Shown here: piece after piece, positions 1 to 10,269 of the stretch
Layout: each line of letters begins with the position of its first letter
Numbering within the stretch: the stretch's first letter is position 1
Origin: Candidatus Eremiobacteria bacterium
Lineage (GTDB): Bacteria > Vulcanimicrobiota > Vulcanimicrobiia > Vulcanimicrobiales > Vulcanimicrobiaceae
Reading direction: 5' to 3'
Assembly: GCA_963758295.1 (NCBI GenBank)
Contig: CAVWUU010000004.1
Span: forward strand, 928,001-992,000
DNA length: 64,000 bases
Position numbers and translations under genes: made by a program
Notes under the pieces: generated by a model
What the model saw: the letters and a program-made list of their open reading frames with translations, nothing else
Database searches by the model: none
What the model was told of the DNA's origin: nothing

Positions 1-443
1 ACGCGCATCACATGGCGGCGCCTTTACCGGACGGGTCGCAAGTCGCGCATGCTATCGGCGCCGCATTGAGCGATGCACGCCTTACACCCGACGAAGTCGA
101 AGCCATCAACGCTCATGGGTCTTCTACGCCGGCGGGAGATCGCGCCGAAATCCGCGCGTATCAAAAGGTGTTCGGTGAACGGACGGGCCGGATTCCGGTC
201 TGCGCCACCAAAGGTCAACACGGGCATGCGCTTGGAGCAACGGGCGCATGGGAAATCGTTATTTCAGCGCTGTCGCTCGAACGTCAACGGATCCCAGGTA
301 ACGTAAACTTCGTAGCGACGGACGACGGCTATCAGATCGGCTGCAGCTCCTCGCACGTCGAATCGACGGCGCGCACGCTGGTGAGCAACTCCTCTGGGTT
401 TGGCGGCATCAACGCCGCTTTGGTTTTACAGGCCGTGGAGTAG
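1..443 (+). CDS. Beta-ketoacyl-ACP synthase (FabF/KS-alpha-like), C-terminal part; 5' end outside window
   Basis: INAHGSST, KGQHGHALGA and SNSSGFGGINAALVL are KAS C-terminal motifs. Confidence 0.85.
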   Translation, partial: AHHMAAPLPDGSQVAHAIGAALSDARLTPDEVEAINAHGSSTPAGDRAEIRAYQKVFGERTGRIPVCATKGQHGHALGATGAWEIVISALSLERQRIPGNVNFVATDDGYQIGCSSSHVESTARTLVSNSSGFGGINAALVLQAVE

Positions 444-446
444 CGG

Positions 447-803
447 CTACTGCGGCTGCAAGAGCGCGATGACGTTATTTTCGCAGTCCATCGCGTAGCC
501 GAAGCGCCCGATGCCGGGAATGTCTTGCACGCGGGCCTGGCGACCGCCCTTCGTCGCAATGTCCAACATCGCTTGGTCGATGTCCGCGACTTCGATCGTT
601 GGAACCGGTGCTTTTACGACGTCTTGGCGCTTGGTGATCGCCGCCGGAATGCCGGCGCCGTCTTCACCGGCGCCGCCATGCGTCATGTACGCGGCCGGCG
701 CCTCCGGGTGCGGTACGAATTCCCAGCCGAAAACCTCGCGATAGAACTTCGCCGCTCGCTCGACGTCGTCGGCCGGCAGATGGAAATTGACGATCTTTGG
801 CAC
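447..803 (-). CDS. VOC/glyoxalase family protein
   Basis: ADDVERAAKFYREVFGW ... IPGIGRFGYAMDCENNVIAL. Confidence 0.85.
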   Translation of the reverse strand: MPKIVNFHLPADDVERAAKFYREVFGWEFVPHPEAPAAYMTHGGAGEDGAGIPAAITKRQDVVKAPVPTIEVADIDQAMLDIATKGGRQARVQDIPGIGRFGYAMDCENNVIALLQPQ

Positions 804-810
804 GATGGCG

Positions 811-1701
811 TTAGCCTTCGCGTTGCGCGATGAGGGCGGCCTGCTCCGGTGTGATAGTGCTCGTCACCAAAAACATTGCGGCTTCGCGCTGAGCATTCAC
901 GTGCGTCGCCGGAACCCAAGCGTTGGAAAACGACTGCCTCAGGCGATCGTTGATCGCGAGAACCGATGAAGCTTCAGAGACGCTGAGTTGCTGCGCGATC
1001 TCTGCAACGGCTTCGTGGACGGTCACTCGTCCCGCAACCGCAGCTGCGACCGCGCTATGAAGCACCCCGGTGGAACGGCTGCCGATTGCTTGCAGCGCGG
1101 AATCGCGTGCCGTACTTTGCGCCCCCGCGATAGCGTCCGCAAGAGAGGCGCTAACATCAACCGGCGATGCGCTTCGCACGTGCGCGGAATTCGCAAGGAG
1201 GCCGCGCGCCTCCAGCGTTGCGGGTGCGGGCGCACTCGGCGGTTTGGGCGAAGCGGGTCGCGCGCCCGGGCCAAGCGACGCCTGGTAGCTGGTTCTCCGC
1301 AGTTGCGCAAGCGCTCGCGGGTTCGAAGGCACGGTGCCTTTCGCCGCGATTATTACGCCGTTGCTCAAGTTGGGCAGCGTGAAGGTTTTGGCATCCTTGT
1401 CGCCCGGCGCATGACCGAGGACCGAGAAAAGTTGCGGATTGTCGGCGATCGAAAGCTTTTGGCCTTGCAAAAAGAACCAGTTCGCCGGCGCGAGGCTTCC
1501 AACGAAGCGGTGCGCTTCACCAACGATGGGGTTCGCAAGAACGCTCGCCGGAATGGCGTCGGGAATCTCCGGAACGAACTTGAACGCGCTCGACGCCACA
1601 GGATGTTGTGCGCTCGCAGGGGTCATTCCCGGGAGCACGTGCTTTCCGCATCCGGCAAGTACCGCCGCGCTCGCGGCGCTCAAGAAGTATAGACGCTTCA
1701 T
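811..1701 (-). CDS. Lipoprotein with degenerate phage tail-collar domain
   Basis: ATG at 1701 gives MKRLYFLSAASAAVLAGC (lipobox); internal VGEAHRFVGSLAPANWFFLQGQKLSIADNPQLFSVLG...FTLPNL matches the collar motif. Confidence 0.7.
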   Translation of the reverse strand: MKRLYFLSAASAAVLAGCGKHVLPGMTPASAQHPVASSAFKFVPEIPDAIPASVLANPIVGEAHRFVGSLAPANWFFLQGQKLSIADNPQLFSVLGHAPGDKDAKTFTLPNLSNGVIIAAKGTVPSNPRALAQLRRTSYQASLGPGARPASPKPPSAPAPATLEARGLLANSAHVRSASPVDVSASLADAIAGAQSTARDSALQAIGSRSTGVLHSAVAAAVAGRVTVHEAVAEIAQQLSVSEASSVLAINDRLRQSFSNAWVPATHVNAQREAAMFLVTSTITPEQAALIAQREG

Positions 1702-1711
1702 AGAATTGCCT

Positions 1712-2227
1712 CTAGCTCTGGGTCGGGAATATGCCGGTAAGCGCAATGCAGAAGGCAAGCGCCATGAACGGCTGCTGGTTTGCGTGAGGCTGACCTCCGC
1801 CGAGCGACGTAACCATTTGCGGCGACATCGCGACCATGTTACTGCTCCCGGTTGAATAGGCAAGCATCGGCGCCGCGTTGGCCGGATACGCATTTGCCGA
1901 ATTAAAAGAGTTGTTGTTTCCGGACTTTGCATCGGCTTGCGCGGGATGAACGTGTGCGGGCATCTCTGATGACGTCAGCGTATGGGTGATCTCGCCTCCG
2001 AGTTGGCCGAGCGTGTACCCGCTCCCCATGTGCATCGGCACGCGGCCTTGCAGGTTCGGAAGCGCGAACGTCGTTTGACCGTTCCCGCCGTACGTCGTCC
2101 CAAGCAACGCAAACAGCGGTTGATTCTGATTGATCGGCAAAAGCTGGCCGTTGCAAAATGCCCAGTTCTTGGGAGCGAAATTAAAGGTGTATATCTGGAT
2201 CTCGCCCAGAAACGGACTTAAGCTCAT
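1712..2227 (-). CDS. Phage tail-collar / microcystin-dependent protein (MdpB-like)
   Basis: FLGEI..FNFAPKNWAFCNGQLL..LFALLGTTYGGNG..FALPNLQGRVPMH..HANQQPF..FCIALTGIFP. Confidence 0.9.
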   Translation of the reverse strand: MSLSPFLGEIQIYTFNFAPKNWAFCNGQLLPINQNQPLFALLGTTYGGNGQTTFALPNLQGRVPMHMGSGYTLGQLGGEITHTLTSSEMPAHVHPAQADAKSGNNNSFNSANAYPANAAPMLAYSTGSSNMVAMSPQMVTSLGGGQPHANQQPFMALAFCIALTGIFPTQS

Positions 2228-2763
2228 CAGGTCCTCGGCGGATACACGCCTTGCAGCGCGATGCAGTAGTTAATAGTGAGATAGGGCATTAGATTGTTGT
2301 GCGGCTGGCTGCCGCCGGCAACGCTGACCATCGCCGGGTTCATCATCGCCATCGTGCTCGACGAATTGCCGTTCGAATACGTGAGATTCGGCGCGTCGTT
2401 GCCCAACATGGAACCGCTGGGGGACGTTTGCGTCGCGTGGAAGTGATTGCCGTCGGCCTGCACCGTGTGGGTGTGCGCGGGCATTTCAGCCGTGAGCAGC
2501 GAGACGGAAGCCGTTCCGCCGGTTTCGCCAAGATCGTAGAGCGACAAGCCCGGCCCTTGTCCGCAATGCATGGGCACCGCGCCTTGGAGGTTTGGTAACG
2601 CAAAATTGCTCCTGCCATCGCCGCCGTACGTCGTTCCGAGCAGTGAAAAGAGCGCGGTATTTTGCGTGATCGACATGATCTGCCCGTCGCAAAACGCCCA
2701 GCCTTGAGGCGCAAAGTTGAACGGAAAGAGGCAAATCTCGGCTACGAAGGGTTGATAAGACAC
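2227..2763 (-). CDS. Phage tail-collar / MdpB-like protein
   Basis: Same collar motifs (FNFAPQGWAFCDGQ, LGTTYGGDG, FALPNLQG, PHNNLMPYL); GTG start. Confidence 0.9.
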   Translation of the reverse strand: MSYQPFVAEICLFPFNFAPQGWAFCDGQIMSITQNTALFSLLGTTYGGDGRSNFALPNLQGAVPMHCGQGPGLSLYDLGETGGTASVSLLTAEMPAHTHTVQADGNHFHATQTSPSGSMLGNDAPNLTYSNGNSSSTMAMMNPAMVSVAGGSQPHNNLMPYLTINYCIALQGVYPPRT

Positions 2764-2773
2764 GAACGGCTCC

Positions 2774-3298
2774 TTACGTTGCGCTCGGAAACGTTCCGAA
2801 CAACGAGATGCAGAACGTCACGGCGAGAAACGGCTGCAAGTTTGAGTGCGGTTGTGAACCGCCCTGCGACGGCAGCATCGCAGGATTCATCACGCGTAAC
2901 AAAGGAGCACCCGAACTGCTGTAAAGCTTGTCCGGTGTAGTCGCGGCGTAATACGCGTTCGTGGGATCGCTTTGCGTGCCGCTATTGCCGTCGCCGACGA
3001 CCGTGTGCGTGTGCGACGGAATTTGCGATTGCACTAACGTTACGCTTTCGACGCCGCCTGTCTGGCCTAACGCGTACGAACTTCCGCCGCCGCTGCCCAG
3101 GTGAAGCGGAATGCGCCCGCGCAGATCCGGCAGCGCAAACGTCGAGCTTCCGTCTCCCCCGAATGTCGTGCCGATCAACTGGTAGAGCGTGTCGTACGTG
3201 GCTATGTCGAGCAGCTGCCCGTCACACGTGAGCCACCCGGCCGGCGCAAAGTTCCCGGCGAAGAGCATGATTTCACCAACGAATGGATCGCTAGCCAT
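2774..3298 (-). CDS. Phage tail-collar / MdpB-like protein
   Basis: ATG at 3298 after AAAGGA RBS; FVGEIMLFAGNFAPAGWLTCDGQ..IGTTFGGDG..FALPDLRGRIP. Confidence 0.9.
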   Translation of the reverse strand: MASDPFVGEIMLFAGNFAPAGWLTCDGQLLDIATYDTLYQLIGTTFGGDGSSTFALPDLRGRIPLHLGSGGGSSYALGQTGGVESVTLVQSQIPSHTHTVVGDGNSGTQSDPTNAYYAATTPDKLYSSSGAPLLRVMNPAMLPSQGGSQPHSNLQPFLAVTFCISLFGTFPSAT

Positions 3299-3312
3299 CG
3301 TCCTTTGTGCCT

Positions 3313-5444
3313 CTACGGTTTGTACGCCGCAGCCTGCGGCGGGTTTGTGGTGAAGTTGAGGAAGCCGGTTTGCTTCGGGCTGGCCGGCTCTTGCGCCGAT
3401 TGCACGGGATCGTAACAGGTGCACGGCGACGTCAATTGCGTAACGTCGAAAATGTAAACGCCTTGCTTCGCTACCATGTTGCTATCGCTTAACGTCACGA
3501 GCAGCTTAGTGCCGGAGAGGAACTTCAGGCTCGTTACGACCGGATTCGTTCCGTACACGAACGTGGCGCAAGTCGGATCGGCGCAAGCATCGAACGGGAT
3601 TACTCCGCCCACAAGCCCGCGCGCGGCAGTTCCGTCGTACACCTGAACTGCGGGCAGACCGTTGAAGTCTAGGCCCGCTACAGCGACGTATCCGCTGGAA
3701 CTCGCAGCAACTTTGTCGCCTTCGAAATCCGAATACCCGCCGTCGGAACCGATGAGCACGGACTTCACCTTTACTCCCGCAGCCGTATAGAAGTCCAGAT
3801 ACGCGGTGCTCGTCGCATTATTGTATCCGCTCGCGATCACCAACTGAGAATTGAATGAATCCCACGCCAGTGCATGCGGTGAAAAGATCGTCGAATCGGT
3901 CAGCGCCGTCTGCGCACCGTTGGGCGCGACCATGACGACCTTCGACGTGCTCGTACCGTCGGTAACGGCCGCGGCATAAGTTCCGCTTTGCGCTGCGCCC
4001 GGAACTGCAACGACGTCGAAGGTTCCCAACGTACCGCTTGCGTTAGAAATGTCACGCGATATGGGTGCGGCCGCATACGTATTGCCGAGCGTATAGGCAA
4101 CGGTGTTATAGGCGGCGCTCGCCGGAACGTTGCCGACCACGACGCTGGTGTCCGTGTTCAAAGCAATCGATTCCGGATCTTTAGCATTTGTCGACGTAGT
4201 GGTAGAGACGCTGGCGCCCGTGCTGATCGCGCCGGCCGGAACGCAGGCGAAGTCGCCATAGTCGCTCGGGATGCCGTCTCCGCCATTGGCGATGAGCAGA
4301 TCGCCGCTTCCGTCGAAGACCATAGCGCGCGGATTATCGACGTCGGGCTTGCCTTCGTTGAGGGAACTCGTAGTCGCCAGCGACTGAACGGCGTATGGCG
4401 AGAACGTATCCGAACCGCCGAGGGTCACGGTATAGAGATCGATTTTTCCGCTGTTCGCGCCGGTCTGTTCAACGACGGCGAGGAAGCTCGGCGGCGGTGC
4501 TGCGCCGGTAGAGAATGAGAACGATTTCGTTTGCGCAAAGGTGAGGCCGTCGCCGCCGTTCGCTGGGACGCCTTTAACGGAGACCGTAGCGCTGGTCACC
4601 GCAGAATTGCTCGGCGTGAGCGTGATGGTTTGCGCCGACTGGTTGATGGTGAACGAAACGTTACCCCCGGTGCCGTTGATCGTGCCCGCGGCGCTTTGGT
4701 ACGTGCTCGTATTATCGAGAATTTGAATTAGCGGCAGGCCGGGCGCCGTAATCGTTTTTCCGGCCGGATCGGTGAACGTTACGCTCATCGTTACCGGCGT
4801 GGTGCCTACCGATCCGAACGAAGCGCCGACGGGGCCGTTGGTGCATGCCGCCGTTCCGCTAATGGTCATCGCCGAAGCATTGGCATCAAGCGAGATGGCA
4901 TACGCATTCGCGGCGCCCTGACTCGTCGTGACCGTGGAAATTTGTTGCGAAAGCTTATTGCCGGTACCGCCGGCGGCATCCCATGCGGTGATCGTAATGG
5001 TGTTTATGCCGATCGGAAGCTGGAACGTTGCCGTGCATTTATAGTTGCCGCCGTTGGAGGGGTCGGTGCCGCATTGACCGGCGATCGATCCGTTTCCCGT
5101 CATGTTCGCGAAGTTTGCGACCTGCACGGCTTTTAGCGCTGCCGCGACGTTTGCGTAAATGTCGGCAATTGTGCCGGCATTTTTCGTATCCGTCACCTGC
5201 ACGCTGACCGACTTCGTGGCAGACGAGACGTACTTGCGGCGAGCGCACTCCTTTTGCGAAAGCCGTAGCTTTCTTTGCGGAACGTGAAACTGAACGTCGC
5301 AGGTGCCGAAGCAGCCTTCGATTGTGCGGACCCCGGCCCGCTTACGGCCGGGAGAGCAGAGGAACCGTGTCCGCCGCCGCACGCGCTAACGAGCGAAGCG
5401 GCCGACACAAACGCAACCGTGCGTACGAGCCGGGATCCAAACAT
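3313..5444 (-). CDS. Large surface lipoprotein (T/S/G-rich, C-terminal beta-propeller-like region); frameshift near 5250-5275
   Basis: N-terminus MFGSRLVRTVAFVSAASLVSACGGG (ORF 5193..5444) joins the 3313..5382 frame at RKYVSSATKS. Confidence 0.7.
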
Positions 5445-5456
5445 CGAGGTACTTTC

Positions 5457-6698
5457 CTAGTGGGTGTGCGGTTTCGAGTTAACGGTGATCGTCGCGGAGG
5501 TTACGGAGATCCAGAACGTTCCGTCATGGGTCTCGCTGCCTGCCGTGTTCGCCGTATGCTGGGTGATCGGATAGCCTGTGCCGTGCTCTTTAAGGCGCGC
5601 TTTACAGACGCCGACGCCCGTCGCCGTGATCGTGAACGCCGTTGCCGGGCTCGCGCTCGCGGTCGCAATTCCGCTACAGCCCGGGTCGAGCTGGAGGTCG
5701 AACTGCTGGCTGTACGGCGCATTCGTGAAGCCCGCTTCGGAACCGGTTACTACTTGCGATCCGCTCGCCTGCGAGAAGAACAGCGTTTGCTGACCCCAGT
5801 TGGAATCGCCGGCGACTCCGCCGTGCGCGGCAGTGTCGTCGGTCGTCCCGCTGAATGCGACATCGCTTACGGTCGATGTGAGCGTGCCGCCACCGGAAAT
5901 TCCGGTTCCGGACGCCGTAATAGTCGGATTGTTCACGGCTTGGCCGGTGTAATCGAGAGTCACCGCGTCGCCCGGGCTGGTTACCGTGACGCTCGTTGCG
6001 GCCGAGCCGCCGTTGAGGTGCAGCTTCGTTTGACCGGCCGCATCGTTGAGCGTAAGGGTGATGGGGTTATTGTAGTCAGCGCTGCCGACGATCTCGGCGC
6101 CCGACGCATCGAACGCAGCAACGGTCACCGCCGCCGCCGTCTGGGAGGTATTGGCAGCCAATGCCGGACCGGTAACGGTAACGCTTTGAACGACGCCGCC
6201 AAGCGTGACGGCCAACGGGTTGTTCGAACCTTGCGTAATCGTAAAGTTCGCCGTGAAGGTTGCCAACACGTCGTTGCTGCTATCGAGCACGGAAAACGTA
6301 TAGTTTACGTTTCCGGGGGGCGCGGCTACTTGAATGTTACACGTCGCCGTCCCGCTCGACACGCTGCAGTTCGCATTTGCGCCGCTGAAGACCAGTTGCG
6401 TGGTCGCATCGGCCGTAACCCAACTCGGCGCAGCGCCGCCGTTTACCGAGTTGACTTTGACTTCCACTTGCGTCGCGTTCGGCGAAACGTATTGCGGACG
6501 GTTGCCGGTCGGCGCGGTAACGGTGGTGCCGGCCGGTGCAACTTTCCACGTGAGCGACATCTTGGCGTATTGCGGCTGGCTCACTGGGCCCGTCGTGGGA
6601 TGCGGCGTCGGCGTAGACGATCCGTAAGGGACCGTGCCGCCGCCTCCGCACGCCGTGAGTGCGAGCGCCGTTGCCAGCGCCAAGAAACGAGTTTTCAT
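5457..6698 (-). CDS. Surface lipoprotein, beta-rich/Ig-like
   Basis: MKTRFLALATALALTACGGGG lipobox; T/S/A/G-rich body. Confidence 0.75.
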   Translation of the reverse strand: MKTRFLALATALALTACGGGGTVPYGSSTPTPHPTTGPVSQPQYAKMSLTWKVAPAGTTVTAPTGNRPQYVSPNATQVEVKVNSVNGGAAPSWVTADATTQLVFSGANANCSVSSGTATCNIQVAAPPGNVNYTFSVLDSSNDVLATFTANFTITQGSNNPLAVTLGGVVQSVTVTGPALAANTSQTAAAVTVAAFDASGAEIVGSADYNNPITLTLNDAAGQTKLHLNGGSAATSVTVTSPGDAVTLDYTGQAVNNPTITASGTGISGGGTLTSTVSDVAFSGTTDDTAAHGGVAGDSNWGQQTLFFSQASGSQVVTGSEAGFTNAPYSQQFDLQLDPGCSGIATASASPATAFTITATGVGVCKARLKEHGTGYPITQHTANTAGSETHDGTFWISVTSATITVNSKPHTH

Positions 6699-6959
6699 TA
6701 GTATTGAGGCCTTTCGTAACGAGGCGGCTCTAGCGACATAAAGCACCGCATAAAAGAAAATGCGCCGCTTGAAACCGCTCGCCACGTTACGGACATGATT
6801 AGCCCGGTCCTTTCAAACCGGAGCTAAGTGAACCCTAATACCCATGGTTTGTAAATTATCAGCAAACTCTCAACAAGGAACCTAATTTTACAACCTCGCG
6901 TTGCCCGGGTAGAAAGCGATTGTATCGCCTTCATCTCAATCGCAACACAGAGGTACACA

Positions 6960-7559
6960 ATGGTTCGACTCTTCACCGTCCTCTCGCTCGCACTCAGCCT
7001 CGGCGCTGCTTCCGTGGTATCGGCTAGCGCGCAAGTGTACGGCCAGTACGGCGCTCCTTCGGGCTCGTATCAACAAAGCTGCAACAACATCCAGATGCAC
7101 GGCTCGACGCTCTCGGCCTCATGCCCGAGAACCAACGGGCAGCGTGTCAACACTTCGCTTAACCTCGGACGCTGCAACGGCGGAGACATTTCGAATCAAA
7201 ATGGCAATCTGACGTGCAACGGCAACGGCAACGGTTACGGCTACAACAACGACGGCTACAACAATAACGGCCAGGGCCATCACCATCACCACCACAACGA
7301 TAACAACGGCAGCTACAACGGCAATTATAACGGCAACTACAATAACAACGGATACAATGGGGGCTACAACAACGGCTATGGCTCCTTGCCGCCGGGGTCG
7401 TACCAGCAAAGCTGCAATAACGTGCAGATGCGCGGCTCGATGCTTTCCGGTTCTTGTACGGCCGCGAACGGCAACCGCGTCTATTCGACGATCGACGTGA
7501 GCCGCTGCAGCAACAACGCCGTTAAGAACGACAACGGCCATCTTCGCTGCGGATACTAG
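6960..7559 (+). CDS. Secreted CVNH-like (cyanovirin-N homology) lectin with two repeats and an N/G/Y/H-rich linker
   Basis: Signal peptide; two copies of GSYQQSCNN.QM.GS.LS.SC...NG.RV....RC....N.NG.L.C; GAGG RBS. Confidence 0.7.
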   Translation: MVRLFTVLSLALSLGAASVVSASAQVYGQYGAPSGSYQQSCNNIQMHGSTLSASCPRTNGQRVNTSLNLGRCNGGDISNQNGNLTCNGNGNGYGYNNDGYNNNGQGHHHHHHNDNNGSYNGNYNGNYNNNGYNGGYNNGYGSLPPGSYQQSCNNVQMRGSMLSGSCTAANGNRVYSTIDVSRCSNNAVKNDNGHLRCGY

Positions 7560-7581
7560 GCCCATCGCAACAAAATCCGCC

Positions 7582-7614
7582 GAGGCACCGGGAATTCCGG
7601 TGCCTCTTCTTTTC
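7582..7614 (+). terminator. Rho-independent terminator
   Basis: GAGGCACCGG-gaatt-CCGGTGCCTC followed by TTCTTTTC. Confidence 0.85.
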
Positions 7615-7693
7615 TGTCCGGGCGGCTGATTGCGTCTTAGGAGGCACCAGCGGTATTCTAAGCACACCCGCGACTGGAAGCCCGAGGTAAAGC

Positions 7694-10200
7694 GTGCTCG
7701 ATATAGTCATCGCTGCTCCGCCATTGCCCACGTACTCGCTTCTCGAGTCGGACCTCGGAATGGGAGCGAGCTACGGAAATAGCGCCGTTTGGATCCACAC
7801 GAAGGGCACCGGCGCCCTCGAACGGGTCTTCCTCAATTCCATAGGGCGACCGCTGCTCGGGGGAATGTCGTTACGGTACGGCGCTCGTTCGCGATGGATT
7901 TCCGAAGTCGGACCGTCCAGGAATGGGCGTGATTCCGAAGAGAATTATTGCGGCCTTTTTGCCACGGTCGGCGCCCGCCGCTTCGAGCTTCATCCGGCAT
8001 ACCAGCGCGTTTCTTTTCAGCTAGCCGGTGTCGTGGATGTGGAAGAGACGACGTTTCTTCCCTTGTCCGACGCTCGTCCCGGCCACGACGATCCGCCGAT
8101 CGTGTATGTAACGGTGAGCCTTCGCAACCGCGATGACGTCGCGCATCACGTGCGCATCGTCGGATCGGCGATGTTCCGCGGATCAACGCCGCCCGACGTT
8201 CAGGCCTACTACGAAGAAAACGCGCGCGCCCTCGTCGCGTTCAATGCAAGTCACCCGGAGTGGGTGCGACTTTTCAGCGTGTCGGAAGAGCCGACCGGCT
8301 ATGCGGCCGACCTCGACTACGGCTCAACCTACGATCCAACGACTCTGCGTCCCGTCACAAACTCGGTTCACGCCCAGGGCGACTTGATCGGGCATTTGCA
8401 AGTTGACGTTTTACTCGAGCCCGGAGAGCGCCGGCAAGTGACTTTCACCATTGCGGTGGGCGCTTCGGGACCGGAGCAAGCGATACATCAATGCAATCTC
8501 GCGGAACCCGCCGACGTCGTGCTGGAGCGCTCCATCCGCAACCTGCAGGAGCAATTGCGTTACGGGCGGGTGCTCACCCCCGACGCGATGATCAACGAGG
8601 GCGCGCTGTGGAGCAAAGTCAACATGCGCCGCGTGATGGCGCCGCTACCCGCAGGGCCCCGCCTTCACCAACGAACCGGGAGGTTCGTCCAACGTCGTCG
8701 GGCGCGACTGCGCCTGGTTTGTCTACGGCAACGACCACTTCTGCCCGAGTTCTCGCGCGTCTTCTCGATACATTCGCCGCTTCGCAATACCCGAACGGCA
8801 AGATCCCCGAATACTACAACGCGCTCGACGGCCACGTGGAAGACTACGGCCTTAACATCAACGACGACACCCCGCTGTTCATCCTGGCGGTAAACCACCA
8901 TTTTCGCGCCAGCGGCGAACCGAGTGGCTGCGCGAGCATCTACCCCGCCGTCGCGCAAGCCGGCGCGCTACATCATCTCGCAGGAGGACGAGCGGGCGCT
9001 GGTCTTCTGCTCGGCCAACGATCCGCGCGGCAACGTCTGGGCGATCGCCGGTTGGCGCAACGTCATCCCCGAGTACAGCATCAACGGCGCGGTGACGGAG
9101 TTCAACGCCGAGTGCGTCGCCGCGCTGCGCGCGGCGGCCACCTCGCCGAGAACCTCGGCCTCCGGACGACGAGGCGCAGGAGTTCTTCGCGGGCCGCCGC
9201 AGCAGCTGCGAGCCGCGATGAATACGCATCTGCTCAACCCGGACAACGGCCTGTACTACCTCAACATCGACGTCGACGGCAATATTCACACCGACGTCAC
9301 CGGCGACGAGGTTTTCCCGGTCATCTTCCGGGTCTGCGACGAGGACACCGGCTTCCGCATCATCAGCCGCCTGAACTCGCCGAAGACTTCTGGACCTCCG
9401 CCGGCCTGCGCACGGCCTCGCGCGGCGACCCGCTCTACGACCCGCCGCTGATGGCGGGACTGATCGGCGGCGTCTGGCCGGGCTTAACGTGGTGGTACGC
9501 TTTCGCGCGCCGCGCGCTACCACCCGAAGTGTCATGGTCGCGCGCGTTGCGCTCCTCGTTCGCAGCATTACGCCGCCGACCCAAGCGCAACAACACCGTG
9601 CCGGGGCAGTTCAGCGAATGGTTCGACGGCGAGAGCCTGGTGAATCGCGGCATGCGGTTGTCGCCCTGGGAGCCGCCGCGTTTCTTGTGGGCCGCGGTGG
9701 AAGGCGTCTGCGGCTTGGTGTTACAGCCCGGCTTGCCGCGGATCAGCCCGCTCATCCCAGCCGATTGGACGTGGGTTGCGATCCGCGACCTGCCTTATCA
9801 CGGTGAACTGCTGTCATATTTCGTCGTTCGGGAAGGCAGCACAGGATTCCGGATCTTCTCCACCGCGCCCGTCGAGAGCGAATGGGACGTCGCCGTGTAT
9901 CAACGAGACGTATCGGACGAGGTCCGGCTCTACTCCGATAGCGCCGTTGCAATAGCGCTAGCCCGCGAAGGGGGCGCGGTTATAATCATCGGAAACACCG
10001 GTGCGCAAACGCTGCACACCCCGGTAACGTTCAACGTTCCAAAACCGCTCGCACCACACTTCCAGGTGCGTATCTACGACAGCGAACGTTGCGCCTGGGA
10101 AGAACACGGCGTACTCTCGCTCGAGGATTTGCACAGCAATTCTCTCGCGATCGGCGCCAACGGTTTCCGCCTGATCGAATTGTCGGTGGTAGAGTCGTAA
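7694..10200 (+). CDS. Glycoside hydrolase, (alpha/alpha)6-barrel (amylo-alpha-1,6-glucosidase-like); several frameshifts in 8640-9600
   Basis: Segments in alternating frames: RDCAWFVYG, QYPNGKIPEYY, DDTPLFILAV, GGVWPGLTWWYA, GQFSEWFDG, LSPWEPP. Confidence 0.7.
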
Positions 10201-10269
10201 CCAAGCCCCTTCGAGACTCGGTCGTCCATGCATCTTGTCATCTTCTCCGGAATCGAAGCGTGGTTATCC

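Noticed and set aside
811..3298. Prophage
   Set aside because: Only tail-collar genes; no capsid, terminase, portal, integrase or lysis genes
5322..6701. Long opposite-strand ORFs (also 44320-45579 and 20726-21685)
   Set aside because: Arg-rich shadow frames antisense to real high-GC genes
7200..7380. CRISPR or tandem DNA repeat
   Set aside because: AAC/GGC/TAC repeats are in-frame low-complexity coding sequence; no repeat-spacer array seen anywhere in the window
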